DNA from: the human T2T-CHM13v2.0 reference genome, Homo sapiens
Length of the DNA stretch: 64,000 nucleotides
Assembly: GCF_009914755.1 (NCBI RefSeq)
Contig: NC_060934.1
Direction: 5' to 3' (one strand)
The notes under the pieces are model-generated. The model was given only the letters and a program-made list of their open reading frames with translations. It ran no database searches and was not told the DNA's origin. Within the stretch, counting starts at the first letter, position 1. Each line of letters begins with the position of its first letter. The position numbers and the translations under genes were made by a program. Below are positions 16,831-31,335 of the stretch, in pieces.

Positions 16831-17687
16831 TAGCTAAAATGAGTATGTTGTTAATTAAGGGTTTTCTATGTCTCTGAGAGGTAACTGAAAAAAATTTGTA
16901 ATGATGCAGGAAATTATAAAAATACATGGAACATAAGTTTTTCTAAACTAATTAGCAATGTTGGCCTATCATAGTCATTATTTGATGACTCAGAGAAAAG
17001 TGACAATAACCAGTGCAAAGTGCCCTTAGTTCAGTGAGTGAGGGAAGTCCTTGACTCCTGTAGGCAATCAGTCTATGCACTGAAGCATGAGATCTACTTA
17101 CCATTATATTGCTTTGGCTAGCTGCAAATGTATTAATATTCATGCCATTATCATCTGGCCTCTTTTGAAGCTAGCAACAGCAATCTTTTCTTTAAGTGCA
17201 GATCTAAATTCTACAGCTTGATTATATGCTAAATAGGGAAGTACTTCCTATAATTTGCTCTGCATGCCCTCCTTAATTTCAGCAGTCTCTCATTCTTATT
17301 TTTAGGTAACTAAAAGGGTGAGTGGTCACCACCTAATTCTGATAGGCATGAGAAGTCATACAGAACCTGTAGTCCATTTGAAGTGAAGAGATGGATGAGC
17401 ACGTGTTGATGGAATGGTGGGAATATCTCTACCATTTTATTTGAAAAATAAATTTATTAAAAAGAAGGCTTATGTACATTTCAATAGCAGCATCCATAGT
17501 ATATTGTAACTCTCCACTTAACTTTCCATTTACTCTTTAAAAATATTTATTACAAGGGTTTTTATACATGTGTAAATATATGATGCTTAAAATTAGTAAT
17601 TTATCTTTCCTTATTAAGCATTCCTTTAGATTTCTCATTTACTATTAAATTCCTAAAAGTTCAGACAGAACACAGTGAACTTCCATA

Positions 17688-18025
17688 TACATATGTGCTG
17701 CATAATGACATTTCAATCAACAGCATATCACATATCTAAGAGTGGTCCCATAAGATTATAAGACTGCACTTTTTATTCCACCTTTTCTATGTTTAGATAC
17801 ACACATACTTACCATTGTGTTTCAGTTGCCTACAGTATTCAGTACAGTAACATGTGGTACAGGTTTGTAACCTATGATCATCTGCTATACCCTATAGCCT
17901 AGGTGTCTGGTGTGCTATCCAATCTAGGTTTGTGTAAGTTCACTCTATGATATTTATACAATGACAAAATCACCTAACTATGCATTTCTCACAATATTTT
18001 CCTGTTGTTAAACGATGTATGACTG
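17688..18025 (+). mobile_element. Tigger3a/MER7A-like short DNA transposon
   Basis: Shares both termini with the long Tigger3 copies (gtggtcccataagattataa ... cctgttgttaaacgatgtatgactg). Confidence 0.75.
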
Positions 18026-18059
18026 AATAGGGTATTTCACCATCCACCCTTATTATAAA

Positions 18060-21000
18060 TATTATATTTTTATTCCCTAGTGGTCCTTAAAATAATATAT
18101 GTAAACTATATGTAATTTCTAAAGTATACTAATATAATGAGCACCTGTGAACTAAATATGAGCTAAATATGAGCTAAAAATAATCATCCATGAAATAAAC
18201 TAGAATATTACCGATAACTTGCATTAGCTATGGCTTCTCTTTTATTCCATACTCCCTTCATTACCCCAGATATCGTTGATGTCCTATATTGTATTTCATT
18301 TTCTTGTGCATGTCGTTCTACAATGTGATTCATTTACTTGTGTATATATAATTTTCTTTATAGTATTATATAACTAACTTTAGTTTACAGCATGCATTTA
18401 TCATCTAACCTATACATACATGCACAATCTATTGGTTATTTGTATTTGTTTTTGAGTTCTGTAAAAATTATATTATACTATCTGGGATTTGTATTTTATT
18501 CAATGTTTTTTCTAAGATTTACCCACGTTGGTGAGTGTAGATGTATGACCATAGCATATTTTTTTCTCTTTTTAATGGACATTTGGTTTGTTTCAAGATT
18601 TTGGTATCACCAGCAGTGCTGCTGGTGCACATATGCAAGAGTTGTTCCAGGATAGATGCCTGTTGGAATTGCTGAGTGTGGGGCATGCGAATGTTGAACT
18701 TCACAAGATGACGACAGACTATTTTCCAGTGTGATTAAGCCAGTTTATATTCTCATTAGCACATTATGAAATTTCCTGTTGATCTCCATCCTCTTCAATG
18801 CTTTTTAAAGACTTTTTAGTTTTTGCCAATCTTGTGGACATAAGATGGTATTTCATGATCTCTAATGGCCTTGTCCTGACTACGTATATGGTTGAGCATC
18901 TTTTGCATCTGTTTATGATCCATGCATTTTTTTCTGTAAAGTAACTCTTATTTTTCTACTAGATTGTTTGAGTAATTTGTCTTTTTCCTATTAATTTCCA
19001 GAAGTTTTAAAGTTTTGCTCTTTCAGTAGTTGTGAATTTTGTCTGTTAATGAATTAAAAATATCTTCTCCAATTTTATGGGGTTTTGTTGTTTGCTTTAG
19101 GCTGTTCTAGTTGAAGAGTTCCTACTTTTGCTGTGGTTGAAATTTTTAATCATTTTTTATAGTTAGCATTTTTGTTTCTTGGTTAACAATATTCTATTGT
19201 ATATTTCAAAATAGCCACAAGAGAGGATTTTGAATGTTCTCATGATAAAGTAATGATAAATGTATGAGGTGATGGATATACAAAATACCCTGATTTGACT
19301 GTTGCACATTGTATGCATGTATCAAAACATCACACTGTATCCCAAAAATATGTGCAACTATTATGTCATATTAACAAAATTAGAGGCCAGGCGCGGTGGC
19401 TTATGCCTGTAATCCCAGCAGTTTGGGAGGCTGACGCGGGCGGATCACAAGGTCAGGGGATCGAGACCATCCTGGCTAACACAGTGAAATCCCATCTCTA
19501 CTAAAAGTACAAAAAACTTATCTGGGCGTGGTGGCGGGTGTTTGTAGTCCCAGCTACTCAGGAGGCTGAGGCAGGAGAATGGTGTGAACCCAGGAGGCAG
19601 AGCTTGCAGCCTGGGTGACAGAGCGAGACTCTGTCTCAAAAAGAAAAAAAAAATTAGAAAATTAACAAACAGGAAATTTATCATTGGTACAGTACTATTA
19701 TCTAACAGTCTATATTAATATTTCCCCTGTTATCTTAATAGTGTTCATTATAGCTACTTTTCTTCTTTCTTTTTCACTTCCTTTCTGTCTCTTTCTTGTC
19801 TTCTTTCCCTTTCTCCTCTCTCTCTCCTTCTTATATCTAGGAACCAATTGAGGATTACAAATTATGTTTTCTTCTAAGCTCTTTTATTCAAGAACAATTC
19901 CTCTCCTTTCATTAAATTGACACTTTTTCTGAGGTGTCAAGGCTAGTTGTTTTATAGAATGTTCTTCAGTTTGTACTTATTTGTTCCTTTGAGATTATAT
20001 GCAAGTTAATTTTTTTTGGCAAGAATATTATGTAAGTGATAGTGTGTCTTTTTCAGAGCATTATATCAGGAGGCTCATAATGTCAGTTTGTTTCATTTTT
20101 GGTAATGTTAAGTTTGATCCCTTAGTTAAGATTACATCTGCCAGATTTCTCTGGTGAGAAAGTACTATTTTTCCATTGGTAGTACTAAGTAATATATAGG
20201 ATGACCCTTTGATACCTTGTACATATCCTTTCCCCAATAACCCTTCTCTCAACCATTTATTGTCCACTAATGATTCCTCCTTGAATCAGTTATTACAATG
20301 GTGGCTGCAAAATGGTAATTTCTAATCATGGCATTCTTTATGTATTTATTAATTGGTAAAGTTCTTTTAAAAAGAGGTTTCCTTTTCCCCTCCTTCCCCC
20401 ACCCTTTTTATTTCTCCTTTAAAAAAAAATTCTCTACGTACTCATGCACCTTTTAAAGTTACATGGGTCATAATCCATTACCGTCATTATTATTTTTGAT
20501 ACCCCAATTTTCCCAAATTTGGCCAGAGGCAATCCCTCTGAAATTGATTTCTGTGTGGGTTTTTAAAAACCACTTTTTTTCTGGTGCAAGAAGGTGTTCC
20601 AGGCTCTTCTTTTACATACCTCCCTCAATCCTGGAACCAATTATTTTTTTCAAGAAGCCCTATTATCTTTGAGTTGGGAATAGTATTTAGAAATTCAGAC
20701 CACAGTACTAGATGTGCTCATTGCTACTGGATGTCATTGCTTCTAAGCACTTTAAGTGGACACAACTAAAATTACCATTTTTAAATGGTAAATTTACACA
20801 ATCTCCTCCAACTCAAATCTAAAATGACTGGGTTTTTCTTCTCCTTCCTCCATTCTGTATGTATGTCTTCTTTCTAGTTAAAACTCTGGTTCTCAATTAT
20901 ATCAATGTAATTATTAATATCCTAAATCCTACAAATATCACAAAATAATTTTAGAATTACTAGCCATGTACCCCCACTAACAACAAGCCTACTAAATAAA

Positions 21001-24000
21001 GTATAAGATTCCTCTATAATTCTTAGTGCCTTACTACACATCCCACTGAGGGTGAATAGACTATTGTGTTCAAAAATCACTTTAATTCTTTTTTATTTTT
21101 TCTTATGATTATAAATTTGAAATGCAGTTAGGCTTATTCATTTCCATTTGTGTTTAACTCAAGTGTTCTTTTCGTCTAACTTTAGGGCTCATTTTCTCAG
21201 CTTTATTGATGGAATTTTATTTGATAAATAAGTAAAACATCAATGTAATTGAAGAGTAAAAGTATATAAAAAGATACATCCAGAGGTGTTTCATTCCATT
21301 CTCTATCCTACTGCATTTTCACTCACTGCTGTAGGTTACTGTTTTTGCTAGTTTTTGATTCATCCTTCCTGTGTTTCTTTTTCCAAAAATAGACATTTAA
21401 TTATATATTCTCATATCCCTTTCTCTTTCACAAATGTTAACACACTGTATATAGTCTTTTGTATCTTTCCGTTTTTTATTTAACAATATATCCTGGAATT
21501 CATTTTGTAATAGTTAAAAGAGATTATCTTCATTTTTATAGCTATATAATACTTCATTGTAATAGATGTACTACAGTTTATGCAACCAGTCTCATATGAA
21601 TAGACACTTAAATTGTTTCCAGTATTTTGTGATTACAAATAATGCTGCAATAAATAATCTTGTGTATATGTTGTTTTGTATTTATACAGTATCTTACTGG
21701 ATATGGAGTGGCAGTGTCAAAGGGAAAATGCAAATGTAGTTTTGTTGGATCTTGCCCCATTCTTCTCCATCGAGGTCATACCATTTTGAATTTCCTCTAG
21801 CAATGTTTGAGCACAATTTTTTTTTCCCATAATCTTGCCAAAAGAGTTTGTTGTCAAGTTTTTGAAGTTTTGCCAGTGTGATAGATGAGAAACAATATTC
21901 ATGTGTAGTATATTTGCAACTCTTCATTATGAGTGAATTTGAGTGTTTATGCCTTGAAGAACCATTTGTAAATTGTTTTTTTAACTACCTATCTATGACT
22001 TTTTCCCATTTTTCTATCAGGCTTTTGGTCTTTTTTGTCCCTGATTAGAAAATTTATTTATATATTATGGAGATTAATCCTTTATCTGTGACATATGTGG
22101 CAAATATTTTCTTATGGTTTGTCATTTATCTTTGAACTTTACTTACGGTGGTTTTTGCTACACAACCTTTTAAACGTAATTGAATTTAATACTCTTTTCT
22201 TTTATTGCATTTGTGTTTTGAGCAATAGTTTAAAAGTCTTTACTTGCACCCAGTTTATCGAATAATTTATTGATGCTTTCACTTTGACCTTGTACGGTTT
22301 CATTTTTTACATTTAAATCTTTGATCCATTTCGAGGGTATTCTTGTATATGCTGTATAATATAGATCCAACTTTAGCTTTGGCAATCCATTTATATCCAT
22401 TTGCAAATGACTATCCAGTTTTCTCAACACAATTTAATGAAGAGTCTATCTCTTTTTCCCAGTGGTTTGAGGTGTCACCTCTATTATCTACTAGATTTCC
22501 ATTTATACTTTACTCTGTCTGTCTTCTACTGTATCCCACTGTTCTATTTATATGCCAGTACTGCAGTGTTTTAATTATAAAAGATAAATAGTAGGATTTA
22601 GTGGTTGGTAGGGCTAGTCACTCCTTTTTTTTTTTCTTTCTCAGGGCTTTCCTAAAAAGAAAAAGATTAAAGAGCCTTATTTGAATGTTTATTTTTTTCC
22701 ATATAAACTTTAGGATCAATTTGCCTAGCATCAAGGAAAAAATTTGTATTTTTATCAGGATCATATTCAATCTGATTTAATGTAGAAATAATTAACATTT
22801 TTATGATGTCCTATGAAAGAAAAAGTCATGTTATTATTGATGAAAATGAAGGCTATTTTTGTATGCTAATTTTATATCTTGTCACCTTACTAAATTATTT
22901 TATTATTTGAATTTTTTTATTCATTGATATTTTTGAGTTTTCAGTTATATTGTCATATTACCTGAAAATTAAAATAACTTTATTTTGTCTCTCAAACTAT
23001 TATGCCTCTAATTATTTTCTCTAGACTAATTTTAATGGCTAGTTCTTCCAACTTAATATTAAAAAGTAATAAAGGTAATGGGCATCCTTATTCCTGACCT
23101 TAAGGAGATTGACTCTAGTGTTTCCCCAGCAATAATATGCTTACTTTGGGATTGACATATGTATTTTTTTTATTGGGTAAAAATAATATGTATTAATTCT
23201 GATTTTATTGAAAGTTTTTTTAAAATCAGGGATAAGTTTTAATATTTTAAACACCCTTTCAGCACCTCTGAAGATAATCATATTATTTTTCCCTTGGAAA
23301 TATTAATATGGTCAATTATATTAATGAATTTCTAATATTTAACCATACATTAATTCTGGGAACAAATCCTAATAGATCTTAGTGTATTATTTATTTAATG
23401 TGGTATTGGATTCTTTTTACTAATATTTTATTTATAATTTTTGCATTAGTATTCATAGACATGTGTATGTGTGTGTATATGTATTCACTATCTTGATCAG
23501 GTCTGCTATCAATATTATGCTTGCTTCAGGAAAAGAAATTCACTGTTTTCCTTATATCTTCATAATTTAGATCAATTTATATAGTTTTTGGATTATCTGG
23601 TGTCTCAAAGTATTTTTGCTTTTTGTTCATAATACAGTTTTTAAAAAACTTCATCAGCAAAACAAAACAAAAACTTTCTTCATTTCAGCTATGGTTACTG
23701 GGTGAGAAATAGACAAATTTGCAGGGACTATAACATTTAAAGACAAGAAGGAATCAAGAAATGGAAATGAAAAGCACTGGAAAGACAAAAAGAACATCAT
23801 TAAATCAAAACACTGCAACTGTCTCTCCCCAAAAGATAAGAGAGCCATTGATTTAAACAAATTTCTTCCACCATACAGAAGCCATTACTTTCAACTGTGA
23901 GGCCTCAGACCTTCTCTCAGTGTTTCCCTACACGGGGAAAGACTTTCACTTTCTGAGGGTCATTTAATCTGTATTTCATCACCCTTAGGCACCCTTTTTC

Positions 24001-24580
24001 CTTTCTTCTATCTACCATTGAGTGGTTACTTAACTCTTTCTGCATTGGTGTAGGCTTCAGAGCTGAAGTTAGATGTTTATTTCCCTATTTACATGTAATT
24101 TCAAGTTTTGCAAAATCCTCTGTTTCCTTCTTAGCTTGTATACATAACTTATAGGTAGTTTTATTTGGTTTTCGTATTGAGAGGTCTTTTTTACATTATT
24201 TTTCCTTTTGGAAACTTAAACATTTTTAATTAAAAAATTTTGAATTAAAAAAATTTAATTGTTATTTTGTAGGAACTTTGGCTACTGTCATTGCCTTTTT
24301 TAAAACTTACATAGAGAAAATTTACCTTTTAGTATACAGTGAATTGGCAAAAATATTCAGTTATGTAACCACCACTGCAATCAAGATATAGAATACTTTG
24401 ATGATCCCAGAATGTACCCTCCTGCCTATTTATACTCAGTGCCTGCGTTCCAGCCCCAGCCCCTGATCTGTTTTCCTAATTTTGCTTTTTCCAATATGTC
24501 GTACAAATGGAATAATATGCTATGTATCCTCTTCGGTCTGGCTTTTTAGATTTACCATAGTGCATTTGAGATTATATTTG
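18060..24580 (-). mobile_element. Patchwork of old antisense L1MC/L1ME fragments, with a sense L1MA 3' end at ~19190-19380
   Basis: T-rich antisense L1 motifs (ttttgccaat, ctttgatccatttcgag, ggcatccttattcctgacctt); ORF 22230-22430 resembles L1 ORF2p. Confidence 0.65.
19385..19653 (+). mobile_element. AluY-like element with short internal deletion
   Basis: Dimer lacking the gtgagccgag...cactcca segment; TSD aaaattaga. Confidence 0.88.
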
Positions 24581-25087
24581 TTCATTTGTCAGTAATAATG
24601 GTAGAGAATTCTACAAAAATAATGAAATACTTTAGAGCACAGATACAAGAAGCTCAGAGAGCCCCAAGCAGCATTAAAGAAAAACAAACATCTATACACA
24701 TCATATTTGAACCTCTGAAAAATAAAGATAAAGAGAAACTCAGGAAGGAAGGCAGAAAGAGAAAAGACACAAAGACATTATATACAAAGGAATGAAGATA
24801 ATAACTATAGAAGACTTCTCATCAGAAATCATGCAAACCAGAAGACAAGGGAATGACATCCTAAAGAATGAAAGTAACAGCTGCCAGCTCAGAATTGTCA
24901 GTGAAAATCCCTTTCACAAATGGAGGCAAATACAGATATTTTTAGACAAACTCAAGTTGATTGAATTTCTTGCAAACGGACTACATTACAGAAAAGGGCT
25001 GTATAAGTTTTTCAGAAAGAAGGACTATACCAGATAGAAATTTGGAGCTATGCAAAGAAATAATAAAACTCCAGAAATGGTTCAAAT

Positions 25088-25243
25088 GGGCCAGTCATGG
25101 TGGCTCATACCTATAATCCCAGTACTTTGAGAGGCTGAAGTGGGCAGATAGCTTGAGTCTAGGAGTTCAAGCCCTGGAGTTTGAGACTACCCTGGACAAC
25201 ATAGAGAGACCCCATCTCTAATTAAAAATAAATAAATAAATGA
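25088..25243 (+). mobile_element. FLAM/Alu monomer
   Basis: Left-arm Alu monomer with A-rich tail. Confidence 0.8.
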
Positions 25244-25479
25244 AAGATAATGAAGATAAATATAAAATTAGAAATGAAAATGAAGTTAAACATAAAGGCC
25301 CCTTTTTCACTTTTAATTAATGTAACAAATAAGTGACAAAAGCAAAAAAGTAGGAATATATTTTAGGTTTATAGCATATGTAAAAACAAAAATGTATGAT
25401 GATGACCGAACAAAAAATGGGAGGGAGAAATTGGAAATAAACTGTTTTAAGTTTCTTATCCTATAAGTGTAGCAAGTGT

Positions 25480-25782
25480 TATTTTATTTTTATTTTTTTG
25501 AGACACAGTCTCTCTTTGTTGCCCAGACTGGAGTGCAGTGGCACAATCTTGGCTCACTGTAACCTCCGTCTCTGGGGTTCAAGCTGTTCTCATGCCTCAG
25601 CCACCCAAGTAGCTGGGATTACAGGCGTGTGCCACCACACCTGGCTAATTTTTGTATTTTTACTAGAGACGGGGTTTCCCCATGTTGGCCAGGTCGGTCT
25701 TGAACTCCTGGCTTCAAGTGATCTGCCCACCTTGGCTTCCCAAAGTGCTGGGATTACAGGCATGAGCCACTGTGGTCTGGCC
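25480..25782 (-). mobile_element. AluJ/S element
   Basis: Antisense full dimer. Confidence 0.9.
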
Positions 25783-25875
25783 AAGTAAAGCAGTGTTATA
25801 TTATTTGAGAGTACACAGTAATAAATTGAAGTCATGTATTAACCCATATGCAAGCATTACAACTTTAAAAAAATA

Positions 25876-26583
25876 CAGTAGTCCCCCTTATTTGCAGTTT
25901 CTTTCTGCAGTTCCAGTTACCCACATTCACCCATGATTCCAAAACATTAAATGAAAAAATTCATAAATAAACAATTCTAAATTGCACACCATTCTGAGTA
26001 GCATGATAAACTCCTGGGCAGTTCTGCTCCATTCTTCCCTGGACATAAATCATCCCTTTGTCCAGTGTACCTGCACTGTATATGCTACCTGCCTGCTAGT
26101 CATTTCGTAGCCATCTGAGTTATCATATCGACTGTTATGCTATCACAGTCTTTGTGGTAACCCGTATTGCACTTAATGATGAGCCCAAGTCACATGAGTA
26201 GTGATGCTGGCAATTCATATATGCCAAAAAGAAGGTGTAAAGTGCTTCCCGTAAGTGAAAAGATGAAAGTTTCTGACTTAAGAAGGAAAGGAAAAAAATT
26301 GTGTGCTGAGGTTCCTAAGATCTACAGTGCAATAAGATATCTTGAGAGAGAGACCACATTCATATAACTTTTAGTACAGTATATTGTCATAATTGTTCTA
26401 TTTTATTATTAGGTATTATTGATAATATCTTTCTGTGCCTAATTTATAAATTAAACTTTATCATAGGTATATATATATATAGGAAAAATCATAGCATATA
26501 GAGAGTTCAGTACTGTCTGCAGTTTCAGTTGTCCACTGAGAGTATTGGATCATGTAGCCCCCATGGATAAAGGGGGACTATAG
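25876..26583 (+). mobile_element. MER44-like (Tigger7-derived) DNA transposon
   Basis: Terminal inverted repeats cagtagtcccccttat / ataaagggggacta, flanked by TA. Confidence 0.8.
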
Positions 26584-27275
26584 TAAGTATAAGTAATAAG
26601 TCAATAGAGGAGATAAAATGTAATTATTTAAAAAGTCCAAAAGCAGGTAGAAAGAGAGGGAAAGAAAAGGGCAAAGCACATATAGAACAAATAGAAAATT
26701 ATTAGAAAAATCTTATATTTTTAATTCAGCCATATGAATAACTATATTAAATGAAAATGGTCTAAATATGCCAAGTAAAAGACAGATTATTACATTAGAT
26801 AAAAGAGTAAGACACAAATATATGGTTTCCACAAGAAACTCACTTTAAATATAAAGATGTAGATACGTTAAAAAAAAAAAAAGAATGGAAAGCAATATCC
26901 TGTACTAGCGGTCTGGAAGTTCTAGTTTCTTTATATCCTTATCAACACCTGGTACTGCCTATCTTTCATTTTAGTTATTCTGGTGAATGTTTAATGGTAT
27001 TTCCTTATGCTTTTCTTTGTATTTCCCTGATTCAGAATGAAATTTAATACCATTTCCTATTTTTATTAGCCATTGGACATTTTATTTTGTGAATAGTCTG
27101 TAGTTTTGTGAATAGCCTGGGTGTAAGCTATTGCTTCCTGTCTCTGCTTTTACTTTATAATGGCTTTCCTTGTTGGGTGCTTCATGAATTTTTGCTGCAA
27201 ACTCATTGTTCTCAATCTATGAGAGGGCTGTGGGTCTAAATTTTTTCAGGTTTCCTTTAGAGAATATTTTCTTTT

Positions 27276-28174
27276 TATTATTATTATTATACTTTAAGTT
27301 CTGGGGTACATGTGCAGAACATGCAGATTTGTTACATAGGTATACACATGCCATGGTGGTTTGCTGCACCCATCAACCCATCATCTACATTAGGTATTTC
27401 TCCTAATGCTATCCCTCCCCTAGCCCCCCACCCCCCGACAGGCCCCAGTATGTGATGTTCCCCTCCCTGTGTCCACATGTTCTCATTGTTCAGTTCCCAC
27501 TTATGAGTGAGAACATGCGGTGTTTGGTTTTCTGTTCTTGTATTAGTTTGCTGAAAATCATGGTTTCCAGCTTCATCCATGTCCCTGCAAAGAACATGAA
27601 CTCATCCCATCTGACAAAGGTCTAATATGCAGAATCTACAAAGAACTTAAATTTACAAGAAAAAAACAAACAGCCCCATCAAAAAGTGGGCCAAGGATAT
27701 GAACAGACACTTCTCAAAAGAAGACATTTATGCAGCCAACAGATATTTAAAAAAGCTCATTATCACTGGTCATTAGAGAAATGCAAATCAAAACCACAAT
27801 GAAATACCATCTCACACCAGTTAGAATGGTGATCATTAAAAAGTCAGGAAACAGATGCTGGAGAGGATGTGGAGAAATAGGAACACTTGTACACTGTTAG
27901 TGGGAGTGTAAATTAGTTCAACCATTGTGGAAGACAGTATGGCGATTCCTTAAAGATCTAGAACTAGAAATACCATTTGACTCAGCAATCCCATTACTGG
28001 GTATATACCCAAAGGATTATAAATCATTCTGCTCTAAAGACACATGCACACATATGTTTATTGTAGCACTGTTCACAATAGCAAAGACTTGGAACCATCC
28101 ACAGTGTCCATCAATGATGGGCATTTGGATAAAGAAAATGTGGCACATATACACCATGGAATACTATGCAGCCA
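27276..28174 (-). mobile_element. L1PA 5'-truncated insertion with 5' inversion (twin priming)
   Basis: Antisense 3' end to ~27608, then a sense ORF2 piece to ~28174; 18-bp TSD tagagaa(t/g)attttctttt at 27258-27275 and 28175-28192. Confidence 0.9.
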
Positions 28175-28675
28175 TAGAGAAGATTTTCTTTTGCATCTGC
28201 TGGCATCCAGGAAATGCCACTGATCTTACAACTCCTTCAGCTTCCCTTGAGGGTCAGGGCTCAACAAAAGTTCAAATTGATCTACACTTCTCACTTTGTT
28301 GCTGGCCCAGGAGTTGCTTAGGTTTGGGAGAGCAATGTTGTTCCTCATATCTCCCCTCAGGGCAGCTTTAACCTCCTAGCTGCCCAATTCCAGGCTCTAG
28401 CCTTCTACCTCTTCAGCCACAGCTCCTAGCTTTTGTTTATGTTTTTCTTTTCAGAAAAAAATGTTAGTCATAATGCCAGAAATGGAAAACTTACTTTTAC
28501 TATTTTCCACATTAAATACAGGTATAAAATAATTTTTAAAAAATTCCTCAAAGTCTGTGCTGATTTGGCAATAAATTTCCAGAGCACATTTATAATCATC
28601 AAACTTGTATGATATTAGTACAATTGTTGGCTCTTTGTTTAAGGTTATTCTTTCTATTGCCTATCTGACCTTGCT

Positions 28676-29510
28676 TTAAAGGGACCAGAATATACCACCC
28701 TGAAATTATACCACATTGTCTTAAGGATTATCTTGGCAATTGATACTCAATAGTTACAGGAAGAATTCTCTACCCTTTTAGGCTTTATCTGCTTAAAAGT
28801 AAGGCATGAGAAGGGTGACACACTAATTCCAGGGAGAGAGGAGGTACTGTTATCATTGAAGACAGAGCCAATACCAAGATGAGTATGCATAAATAGATTT
28901 TAATGAAAATAGCCCTTATCTTCCATTACTACACCCATATACTTCCATATAGTCTAGTTCCTTAAAGTCTCATAAAAAAGAAAAACCGAAAATACAAAAA
29001 AATTCAGTATGGGGTAGGGGGAGAGGGGAGGGATAGCATTAGGAGATATACCTAATGTTAAAAGATGAGTTATTGGGTGCAGCACACCAACATGGCACAT
29101 GTATACATATGTAACAAACCTGCACGTTGTGCACATGTACCCTAAAACTTAAAGTATAATAAAAAAATCAGTATAAACATTTAATTGGATTTTTCTAGAA
29201 TCATTTCAAAATTAATTTCTTATAGTCATAATTCAGAGGAGACTGCCTTATGTTGGTTCAAGGCCCCTTTGATTGGTTGCTATGAATCTCCTATTTTTTG
29301 GGAAACTGGCCCATTTTCAAGATAGATTACATGGCACCTAGCTCCAGAAACTCTATTTTGGTTTGATCATTTCAAATGACAGTCTCTCATAAACTTTAAC
29401 AACTCCAAACCCCCTTTCCTTCATTAAGAGGGTAATAAACCTGAATGTAACCGCTTCAGTTCTAACCAACCTATTTTTTTGTGATTCCCAATGCACGTTA
29501 ATAAAATGTA
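28676..29510 (+). mobile_element. MER34-like ERV1 LTR remnant interrupted by a short L1PA
   Basis: Start cagaatataccaccctgaaattataccac...aaggattat resembles MER34; 3' boundary uncertain. Confidence 0.5.
29011..29166 (+). mobile_element. Very short L1PA 3' end
   Basis: ggagggatagcattaggagatatacctaatg...aaacttaaagtataataaaa; TSD aaaa(t)tcagtat. Confidence 0.88.
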
Positions 29511-29875
29511 TGTGCTTTTTCATGTTAAAAAATTCAAAATATTCAAAAACTTAAAGACTTAATTGGGGAAAAGAAACTTAATTGGGGAAAAGAAAGATGT
29601 TGCTTTCTCACTCCCAAATTAAGATATATTTTAATTATGTGTGTATATTATAAAGTTATAGTTTACTTTTAGATCAAGAAGAGAGCTCAAGGGTCATTTT
29701 TTTTTCTATACTTAAAAGTTTTCAGGTGAGGTTCAGAGAAGCTAAATGTTTTAACTAAGCTTATTCAGTTTGCTGGTGGCCAGGACTAAAACAGAGATGT
29801 TAAGACATAGTACTATATATTTTTTATCCACCAGCTCATGTTGCTCTTTTAGTTATGATAAAATTATTAAATGTC

Positions 29876-30205
<330 letters not shown>

Positions 30206-30399
30206 TTAATTTCTTTATGAAAAGTTTTACCGCAAAATTTTATATAGTCTTTATGGAATTATAGATAATTAAAATATGCCAATTATTTAGTCTTAACTTG
30301 AAATTCTGATTATAGAAGCTACAAACTTGTCCCTCTCTGTGCAGTAATACAATTACAGTTTATTATTAAACTAACAGGTGAAATTTTCTTTTAAAATAG

Positions 30400-30487
30400 A
30401 CTTAAAAAAGAATTAGAACTTTATAAGGAAGATGACATGGAAAGTGTTTATGAAGCTCTCCAAACAGAAATAGAATTTTTGGAGTTG
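30400..30487 (+). CDS. CCDC172: CCDC172 penultimate coding exon (88 bp): (R)[29 protein letters not shown]
   Basis: Acceptor ttttcttttaaaatAG ends at 30399, with a CTAAC branch-point consensus at 30371; donor TTG|gtaagt. AG+A gives Arg across the ~20.5-kb intron. Confidence 0.93.
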
Positions 30488-31299
30488 GTAAGTTATCATT
30501 GATTGTTTAACTTTTGTTCAGCATTATTTTACCTACTGGTAAGGAACGGTTTTACTGGTGTACAAATCACTGAACTAGTGTTTAATCCCTCTGCAAAAAA
30601 CAGAAAAGCAATAATGAAGATAACTAGGATCAGGATGTAAATCTATGAAGTGTTTTGAGTTCCTAGAGAGTTAGGTGCTACATGAAGCAAATTATATTCA
30701 AAGAGAATATGTATGATTTCAAAGTAAGTTAAAAAAAAGCAACTTTAGATCTGACCTCATAACATTTCCTTGACTGAAACTGTTATTAGAGGATTACTGC
30801 ACTGAAGGAAATTTAACTATCATAATGCCTTAAAAGCTTTTTGTTTTTGATAGGCATAAATTATACTTTTATTATATTTGATCCTAAAACTTTCTTATTG
30901 CGTATTTGTATAATCTCAAAAACCTTGAATTCAATTGTTGGAAATGTATTTTCAGATTGTGTAGGAGCACTTTAAATTGCTTTAACCTCTTACTTTGGTT
31001 GTTTATAAAATGAACACAGTATTTGCCATACTACATTTTAGTGAAAGACATGAATAGCTTTAAACTATCTTAAAATGTAGTTTTAATTTGATACATTGCA
31101 TGTTGTTACATATTTTAGGTAAACATTTTCTTGTTCAAAAAATGTTTCAATAAGTTACCTTTGAATTTATTTTTTTTTATAAAAAATATAATTAAGAAAT
31201 GCCCAGAATTTATTGTCATTAAATTTAGGTACATTTTATGTAATTATTTTATTAAGAATTTACTTTTCCTCATGAGTAATTACTATGTTTTCTTTTCAG

Positions 31300-31335
31300 A
31301 CATTGGCACAGAAAGATCTTCAGGAAAGCAAATAA
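31300..31335 (+). CDS. CCDC172: CCDC172 last exon, coding part: TLAQKDLQESK*
   Basis: Strong acceptor ttttcttttcAG ends at 31299; phase 0 fits the previous exon; TAA at 31333-31335. Confidence 0.92.
   Translation, partial: TLAQKDLQESK

Larger units (their letters stand above)
24590..26900 (+). mobile_element. Old L1 (ORF1, inter-ORF and start of ORF2) with nested FLAM, Alu and MER44
   Basis: ORF1p-like peptides QIQEAQRAP and DFSSEIMQTRRQGNDILK in ORFs 24586 and 24792. Confidence 0.7.

Noticed and set aside
29556-29596. Short tandem duplications (also ~6332-6366, ~18152-18176, ~53137-53162)
   Set aside because: Ordinary slippage duplications of 11-19 bp with no sign of function.
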